Part shown: one piece after another, positions 57,973-64,000 of the stretch
Numbering within the stretch: the first letter of the stretch is position 1
Layout: each line of letters starts with the position of its first letter
Position numbers and translations under genes: made by a program
From: Candidatus Poribacteria bacterium
GTDB taxonomy: Bacteria; Poribacteria; WGA-4E; WGA-3G
Reading direction: 5' to 3'
DNA: 64,000 nt
Assembly (NCBI GenBank): GCA_965242965.1
Contig: OZ251518.1
Location: forward strand, 1,632,001 to 1,696,000
Notes under the pieces: model-generated
Seen by the model: the letters and a program-made list of their open reading frames with translations, nothing else
What the model was told of the DNA's origin: nothing
The model's database searches: none

Positions 57973-59482
57973 TGGCATAATTTCGGCGTTGTTTATCTCG
58001 CTACCCGGATGCTTGCTCATTTTTCTCGTGAGCGTGGGTATTGCCTTCGCACAATGGCGCACCGCGCCCCATCGAGACCAGGAGGTCTCGCCTACCGGAA
58101 GGTTGCATCGAGACCGGGAGGTCTCGCCTACGGGGACATCAGTCGTCTTCGCACAAGGGGCACAATGGCGCGCCGAGCCCACTGAAAACCTGCCGCTTTG
58201 CACCGCGAAGAACGAACAACACTTCCCAGTCCTCATCACCGATGGCGCGGACGGCGCAATCGTCGCTTGGAGTGATGCACGCAGCGCGAACCGTGACATC
58301 TACGCACAGCGAGTGAACACAAACGGTGAGATGCTCTGGAACCCTGATGGCATCCCTGTTTGCGATACCCCCGCGGCGCAAAGTTGGCCCCTGATCGTCG
58401 AAGATGGAGACGATGGGGCGATTATCGTGTGGGGAGATACGCGCTACGGCAACCAAGACATCTACGCGCAACGCATTGACGCAAACGGCGCGAAGATATG
58501 GCAACCCGAAGGCATCTCTGTCTGCACCGAACCGTCCTTACAAGACGGCCTCCAAGCCATCGCCGATGGCGAAGGCGGCGTGATTGTCACATGGGAGGAC
58601 TGGCGAAACGGCAATCAAGATGTCTATGCACAGAAAATTGACGGTGCGGGGAAACCTGTCTGGCAGGAAAACGGCGTGCCTGCCTACAAAGGTGCTGGAG
58701 ACCAGTACGACCCGGTTTTAATCGCCGATGGCGAAGGCGGCGCGATTTTCGCATGGTGGGACATCAGCACGCCGGATTGGAATATCTTCGCGCAACGTCT
58801 GTCTGCAAATGGCACATCGATGTGGGGAGAAGCACTTCCTATTTGCACAGCGATGGGGAATCAGGGAGGCCCGGCTGTCGTTAGCGATGAAAACGGCGGT
58901 GCGTTCTTCACCTGGTCAGATTATCGCAACGATCCGAATTTCTACACGAGTGCGCAGTTGTATGCGCAGCATGTCAACGCCGATGGCATTGCACTTTGGG
59001 AGCAGGATGGGATTCCTATCAGTGCGTTGGCTGTCAATCAGCAACAGCCTGCCTGTATTCCTGATGGCGCGGGCGGCTTCATCGTCGTTTGGTGGGATGA
59101 GCGCGATATCTTCGCCGACATCTATGCGCAACGGATGAACGCCGCTGGAGAAGTGCTGTGGGCAAAAGCGGGAGTCCCTGTTTGCACCGGTGCCGGTGTC
59201 CAGCGTGAGCCGCAGCTTGTCTCTGCTGGTGATGGCGGCGCGATTGCCTACTGGCTTGATTACCGCGAAGACTTCGGCGATACAACGGAGGATGCCATTT
59301 ATGCGCAACGCCTCAGTCCGAACGGCGAGGCGTTGTGGGAGAAAGATGGCGTGCCAGTCTGCACCGCGAAGAGAGAGCAAATCTCACCGCAGGCGGTTGC
59401 AGCTGGTGTGGGGAAGGCCATCATCGTTTGGAGTGATGCGCGTGGTGAGGATTATGATATTTATGTGCATCGGGTGCCGTGA
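57932..59482 (+). CDS. Secreted beta-propeller-like repeat protein with in-frame REP insertion after the signal peptide
   Basis: About 8 repeats 'DG.GGAI..W.D.R...DIYAQR...G..LW...G.PVC'; 'HRD(Q/R)EVSPTG' x2 insert; start uncertain. Confidence 0.85.
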   Translation: MAIFLTRNQFSSDSGIISALFISLPGCLLIFLVSVGIAFAQWRTAPHRDQEVSPTGRLHRDREVSPTGTSVVFAQGAQWRAEPTENLPLCTAKNEQHFPVLITDGADGAIVAWSDARSANRDIYAQRVNTNGEMLWNPDGIPVCDTPAAQSWPLIVEDGDDGAIIVWGDTRYGNQDIYAQRIDANGAKIWQPEGISVCTEPSLQDGLQAIADGEGGVIVTWEDWRNGNQDVYAQKIDGAGKPVWQENGVPAYKGAGDQYDPVLIADGEGGAIFAWWDISTPDWNIFAQRLSANGTSMWGEALPICTAMGNQGGPAVVSDENGGAFFTWSDYRNDPNFYTSAQLYAQHVNADGIALWEQDGIPISALAVNQQQPACIPDGAGGFIVVWWDERDIFADIYAQRMNAAGEVLWAKAGVPVCTGAGVQREPQLVSAGDGGAIAYWLDYREDFGDTTEDAIYAQRLSPNGEALWEKDGVPVCTAKREQISPQAVAAGVGKAIIVWSDARGEDYDIYVHRVP

Positions 59483-59499
59483 AACCTATTTTTCCTGTA

Positions 59500-60370
59500 T
59501 CGTAGCGCGGGGGCCTGTCCCCCGCGTTGTCCAGCGTCAAGATGCAGTCTTAGGTCCTTTAGGACCTACATGTCTATAGAAAAACGTGTCGTACCGTTTT
59601 TAAGGTCCTTTAGGTCCTTAATAAAAAAGCGCGGCCCTGGTAAAATCTATTAAGGACCTAAAGGACCTTAGGGCTCTTCGTGGGTGTGCGTGCTATAGAC
59701 ATTAAGGTCCTACGGACCTAAATAGTTATCCATTGCAAAATCAGTTTCGTCGTCGCGAGGGGTATAATCCTGAAAATCGTGGAAATCTTGAAAATCCTGC
59801 TTCAGCGCGTTGGCATGGCGCGGGACAGGCCCGCGCCCTACGGTGCGGGGGAGCGATTTGAGAATGTGCTATAGACATTCAGGTCCTACGGCCCTAAAGA
59901 GCAGGTTTTTACAAAAGCGGTTTCGTCGTCGCGCGGGCCCTAATCCTGAAAATCTTGTGAATCTTGTAAATCCTGCTTCAGCGCGTTGGCATGGCGAGGG
60001 ACAGGCCCCCGCCCTACGGTAAGTGGGCGCGATTTGGATCTCTGGCGAGGGCCAGGTTATCGCCCGATGGGTGCGCTCCTACATTAAGGTCTTACAGACC
60101 TTATGTATTGCCAGTTCTGACGTGCTATAGACATGTAGGTCCTACGGACCTAAAGAGCCGTCCATTGCAAAATCAGTTTCGTCGCCGCGCGGGGTATAAT
60201 CGTGAAAATCGTGGAAATCGTGAAAATCCTGCTTCAGAGCGTTGGCATGGCGCGGGACAGGCCCGCGCCCTACGGTAAGGGCGCGCGATTTGAGTCTGGC
60301 GCGGGACAGGCCCGCGCCCTACGGTGCGCGCGGGCGCGATTTGTCTGACGCGGGACAGGCCCGCGCCAAA
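59500..60370. repeat. Large array with three direct copies of a ~153-bp D-E-A composite unit
   Basis: tgctatagacat...aggtcctacgg...gtttcgtcg...aatcctgcttcag..gttggcatggcg.gggacaggccc.cgccctacgg at about 59691, 59867, 60123. Confidence 0.88.
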
Positions 60371-60376
60371 CGGTTA

Positions 60377-62314
60377 TCAGTTCGACAATTCAGCCAACCG
60401 AGTCAAATGCCAATTCGCATCCTCCAATGCCTCATAGACGACACCGCCTTCAACGTTGGCAGGCATCGGAAGGCCCAGCAGATAGCAAAGCGTCGGCGCG
60501 ACATCGACGACGCGAACTTGCCGCTGTAAAGTAACCCCTGCCCGAACGCCAGCACCCGATAGGATAAACGTTGAATGCTGCCCACCAATGCCGAAACTGA
60601 CAGAAGGCAACTGCTTCCCATGCGCTCCATCAAATTCTGGCAGCAGCGCGTAGACAACGTCTCCGACGAGCTCGCCGTGTAAATTGAGCATCTCCGCGTC
60701 CGCGCGCGTCACGGCTAAGGTGAAGGGATGTCTGCCGGTTTCTGCATCTTGATAAGCGTGGAGCGCGGCGATAATTTCACGTTGCGTCGCCTCATAGGCT
60801 TCCGGTACGACGATACCGTTCGGTTCGCGGCCGGCTAAATTGATGAAGATATGCACCAGCCCAACGTTGACAGCGCGGGTTTTGCTCCAGTCGATTTCCC
60901 CGTTCTCAGTGCGGACGATGAACCCTGTCTCCTCTAATACCTTCTCAATATCGACAGCGCGAAATTGGTTCGGCGTGCCACCGTGGTCGGAACAGACGAG
61001 GATGACGGTGTCTTCATCGGCAAGTTGCATCAACCTGCCTATCATCCTATCGACGGATTCATACGTGCGGCGCAAACCTTCACGACACCGGTGGATGGTT
61101 TCCGAGGCGGCACCACTGAGCTCATCCGCTTGGCTGAGGAAAAAATGACTGGCGTAGTCGGGCGCATGCGTCTCTACCATCAGCACATTCCACTCGTCGT
61201 CGTTTTTGGCGAGGTGCGTCGCCACATCGGCGAGGCGTTGGTGGTGATACTCCAGCAGCTCAAAATAGGTGTCGTCATCAAGCTGCCCGAGCGCGTCGCG
61301 CGCCGGATTCTGAAGGAACGAACCGATTTCTTCGTCGATTGTCGTTGCGACGGCTGAAGGTACCGTGTATCCTTCGCGGGGCCAGATCTGCGGCACGAAC
61401 AACTCAAACGCGTCAGCGTTCGGTGTCAGCGTGACCAGTTTCATCCGAACGTAGCCTTCCACTTCTGCGCCGTCAATTTCAAATGCGTCTAGCCACCAGT
61501 CGCTCCACTCTCCCACGCCGAGTTCCGCAACGACATCGTCACCGGAACGGGTTCGGCAGATGCGAATCGTGTCGTATCCGTTCTCGCCATCGGCGTAGAT
61601 GAGGCCGTAAAACGGCTTCGGTGTCCCGGTTTTACCGCGGTTCATATTCTCTCTGCCTCGCGCCAGCGGTTGGATGGTTAACTCAACTTCCAGCGCGGGT
61701 TCTTGTGAATCTGGCAGTGCATTCCATTTGTCCGCTTCAATAGGCTGAAGCGTCACAGGATCGATGTGCCGAATTTTCTGCAGCGCGCTCGGGTCTAACG
61801 TTTCCGGGTCGCGTTGGCCGCCAATGGGACGTGGTGCCCACTTCCCGGCGACGAAAAGGTGATACCCGGCAATCTGATGGTGATTGGATACACCGGGTCC
61901 CGTGCCTTCCACCTGAATCCCCGTTGTGACGGTAGGCGGCCAGGACATCTCCCATTTTACCAAAATCGGTTTACCACCGGCGCGTTCAACGAGATTCCAC
62001 AGGTATTCGGATTGACAGAGGCTGGTGTTGATACCCCACACCGTCTTGTCGAGTTGTTCGCCGAGGGCACGAATGTTAAAATCCATCACTTTGTGCGTGC
62101 CGGGCCATGAGCCGGTGGAGAGTGCAGTCCAGCCGGGTGGTGTGAGCGTCGGGAATACGCCTATCATCGGGCGATACACGCCGGTGTTGAGGAGGTGTCC
62201 CATATTCGGCGCGTGTCCCCAGTCAATAGAATTTTTGACGAGTTCCATGCTTGCCCCGTCCATGCCGATGATAATGGCGCGTTTCGCGGGTGCAAGGTGT
62301 GTCTGTCTTTTCAT
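60377..62314 (-). CDS. Alkaline phosphatase superfamily type I phosphodiesterase/nucleotide pyrophosphatase
   Basis: 'IIGMDG', 'PTLTPPGWT...TG..PG.H', 'SDHG', 'INLAGREP.G', 'DVAPTL'. Confidence 0.9.
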   Translation of the reverse strand: MKRQTHLAPAKRAIIIGMDGASMELVKNSIDWGHAPNMGHLLNTGVYRPMIGVFPTLTPPGWTALSTGSWPGTHKVMDFNIRALGEQLDKTVWGINTSLCQSEYLWNLVERAGGKPILVKWEMSWPPTVTTGIQVEGTGPGVSNHHQIAGYHLFVAGKWAPRPIGGQRDPETLDPSALQKIRHIDPVTLQPIEADKWNALPDSQEPALEVELTIQPLARGRENMNRGKTGTPKPFYGLIYADGENGYDTIRICRTRSGDDVVAELGVGEWSDWWLDAFEIDGAEVEGYVRMKLVTLTPNADAFELFVPQIWPREGYTVPSAVATTIDEEIGSFLQNPARDALGQLDDDTYFELLEYHHQRLADVATHLAKNDDEWNVLMVETHAPDYASHFFLSQADELSGAASETIHRCREGLRRTYESVDRMIGRLMQLADEDTVILVCSDHGGTPNQFRAVDIEKVLEETGFIVRTENGEIDWSKTRAVNVGLVHIFINLAGREPNGIVVPEAYEATQREIIAALHAYQDAETGRHPFTLAVTRADAEMLNLHGELVGDVVYALLPEFDGAHGKQLPSVSFGIGGQHSTFILSGAGVRAGVTLQRQVRVVDVAPTLCYLLGLPMPANVEGGVVYEALEDANWHLTRLAELSN

Positions 62315-62341
62315 GTTTTCTCCTTGTATGCCACATTAACC

Positions 62342-62661
62342 TGGGGGTGTTTCATATATCAATGCCTTCCCCGTAGGAGAGCCCTCCCGGTCTCGATTTC
62401 TCCGCCCGGTCTCGATGCAAGCGATGTCCCCGTAAGAGAGACTTGTGAAAAAATGTCACAGTACCGTAGCGCGGGGGCCCTCGGATGCCACACGCGCCTC
62501 CGAGCGGGTTTCCTCCGCGAATTTCCGGTAGACCGAAGCACGGCGAGGGACAGGCCCTCGCCCTACGCAGAAGGGGGCGTTTTTCGACCAAGAAACCCTC
62601 CCGTTACCGTAGCGCGGGGGCCTGTCCCCCGCGACGTTGAGCGATTTATGAAACACCCTCA
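62342..62661. mobile_element. MITE-like cassette with TIRs (320 bp), inverted relative to 41645 and 51585
   Basis: ttaacc-tgggggtgtttcata ... tatgaaacaccctca; cargo B, B', A2, A, A. Confidence 0.72.
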
Positions 62662-62667
62662 GATAAA

Positions 62668-63642
62668 TTAAATTGTCGCGCGGGTTTGCGCGATGTTTCG
62701 ATAGGCACGCACATCGTCGTTTGGTGTGAGACGCAGTGCCTCATCGTAATCGCGCGTTGCTTCAGCATACTGGTGCATAGCGAAGTTTGCGTGCGCGCGT
62801 CCCACATAAGCATCAGCATAATCCGGTTTTCGTGCGAGTGCCGCGTCGTAATCGCGAATTGCATCGGCATAGGCATGCATCTGAAACTTCGTCACGGCGC
62901 GGTTGAAATAGCCTTCCACCCGGTCTGGTTGCAGATGGATGGCCTGGTTGTAATCCTGAATCGCGGCCCCGTGGTCCCCCAAGGCGTAATGGATACTCCC
63001 GCGGTTGCAATAAGCCTCCGCATAATCTGGTTTCAGGCGGAGAGCCGTGTCGTAAGCCGAAATGGCTTGTTCTCCCAGTCCCTTTTCCCACAGGAAGCCT
63101 CCAAGGCCGAAAAAGGCATTAATAGCTACCTCTTCTTCTGTTGGGACGTAAATGTGCCGCTTATTTGCCCCAGTCCTTTCAAGAATTTCTTGGATAATCG
63201 GGTCTTGTTCGCGGAGTTCCGGCCAGAGGTCCCTCATTTTGGGGAAGTTTTTATCCTCATAATTCCGAATAAAATCCCCGACACATGCTTCTGCGGCGGC
63301 CAAGGGATGCGTTTCATCCTCACCGATGCTCCAGCATAAGTCGTCTATTAAGGCAGAGAGTTGTTCGTATTCAGCCTCCGTTACCGTGACGCAGAGGAGC
63401 TCGGCGTTCCGACTCACGAGTTCGGTTAATAGCTCTTGGAGGCTTAGCAGCCACGGAATCGAATCTTCCGGGAAAAGGACTGCCTCAGGACTCTGATTCT
63501 CTTCCGGTAGGTTGAGCCGCTGTGGAACAAAGGCATCCGATAAACTTACGCCGGATGAAATGGAAAGCATAGGTAAAGGCAACACATTTTGCGTTGCTTG
63601 ACTAGGGGTTAACACCGTTTTTATCTCCTCCTCTTGAGCCAA
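62668..63642 (-). CDS. TPR protein with HigA-antitoxin-like N-terminal segment
   Basis: 'EAEYEQLSALIDDL...IGEDETHPLA...GDFIRNYEDKNFP'; about four TPRs 'AISAYDTALRLKPDYAEAYCNRG'. Confidence 0.8.
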   Translation of the reverse strand: MAQEEEIKTVLTPSQATQNVLPLPMLSISSGVSLSDAFVPQRLNLPEENQSPEAVLFPEDSIPWLLSLQELLTELVSRNAELLCVTVTEAEYEQLSALIDDLCWSIGEDETHPLAAAEACVGDFIRNYEDKNFPKMRDLWPELREQDPIIQEILERTGANKRHIYVPTEEEVAINAFFGLGGFLWEKGLGEQAISAYDTALRLKPDYAEAYCNRGSIHYALGDHGAAIQDYNQAIHLQPDRVEGYFNRAVTKFQMHAYADAIRDYDAALARKPDYADAYVGRAHANFAMHQYAEATRDYDEALRLTPNDDVRAYRNIAQTRATI

Positions 63643-63689
63643 GACTCGTATTCGGGATACGTGAAGACCTTGTAAATGATAACCTTCGG

Positions 63690-64000
63690 CTACCTACCGC
63701 CGGAGAAGAGTCCTCTCCCGATGCCGAACGCCGCATTCAATTCTTCCAAAGTATAGGTATTGATGACATCCTCTTTTGTCAACCAACCGCGGCGCGCCAC
63801 ATTGATGCCGAAATGACGATTCTCTAGGTGCGAAATCGCGTGCGCATCCGTATTGACTGCCAACTGCACTCCCGCACGCTTCGCCTGATGGACAAATTCG
63901 GGCCCCAAATCCAAACGACTCGGTGAACCGTTGATTTCCAAAACCGTTCCGTTTTCTGCGGCGGCCGCGATGATTTCCTCAAGATTAAGGGCATACATCG
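63690..64000 (-). CDS. PolX/PHP-domain protein C-terminus (truncated by window edge)
   Basis: 'LEINGSPSRLDL', 'NTDAH', 'GINVARRGWL...VINT'. Confidence 0.88.
   Translation of the reverse strand, partial: MYALNLEEIIAAAAENGTVLEINGSPSRLDLGPEFVHQAKRAGVQLAVNTDAHAISHLENRHFGINVARRGWLTKEDVINTYTLEELNAAFGIGRGLFSGGR

Noticed and set aside
59691-60275. CRISPR or integron attC array
   Set aside because: Units are about 153 bp composites of REP modules, with no gene cassettes between them and no integrase.

Overview
Bacterial chromosomal window, most likely Candidatus Poribacteria (inferred from WD40-dockerin-FlgD/'YPNPFNPETWIPY' proteins, a C-terminal 'V.P.DKLA.TWA.IK' motif, and many NHL/TPR proteins). 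Housekeeping and envelope genes (lptF/lptG-family, ggt, nusB, nagB-like, DapA family, aroA, tsaB, heptose kinase/gmhB, UDP-sugar dehydrogenase, flippase, PolX/PHP fragment, tRNA-Ala-GGC) are interleaved with four restriction-modification-type loci and many exported hypothetical proteins. The strongest unexplained structure is non-coding. Most large intergenic spaces are combinatorial assemblies of about five palindromic or short-repeat modules (three GTAG-type REP families, a CTATAGACA+AGGTCCnnnGGACCT family, 9-mer AATCCTG runs). Five assemblies are bracketed by a 15-bp terminal inverted repeat (TGAGGGTGTTTCATA), like MITEs with variable cargo, and one REP family has inserted in frame into two proteins, including TsaB. 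Other points: tsaB is translationally coupled between two R-M systems; three tandem PD-(D/E)xK-like paralogs (nonsense, motif-altered, intact) follow a methyltransferase; there is a Cys/His-rich secreted protein behind an ECF-sigma remnant, a HigA-like/TPR fusion, a frameshifted LamG gene and a triple sigma70 promoter. No transposase, integrase, cas gene or CRISPR array was found. All calls rest on motif recognition by eye; no database searches were run.
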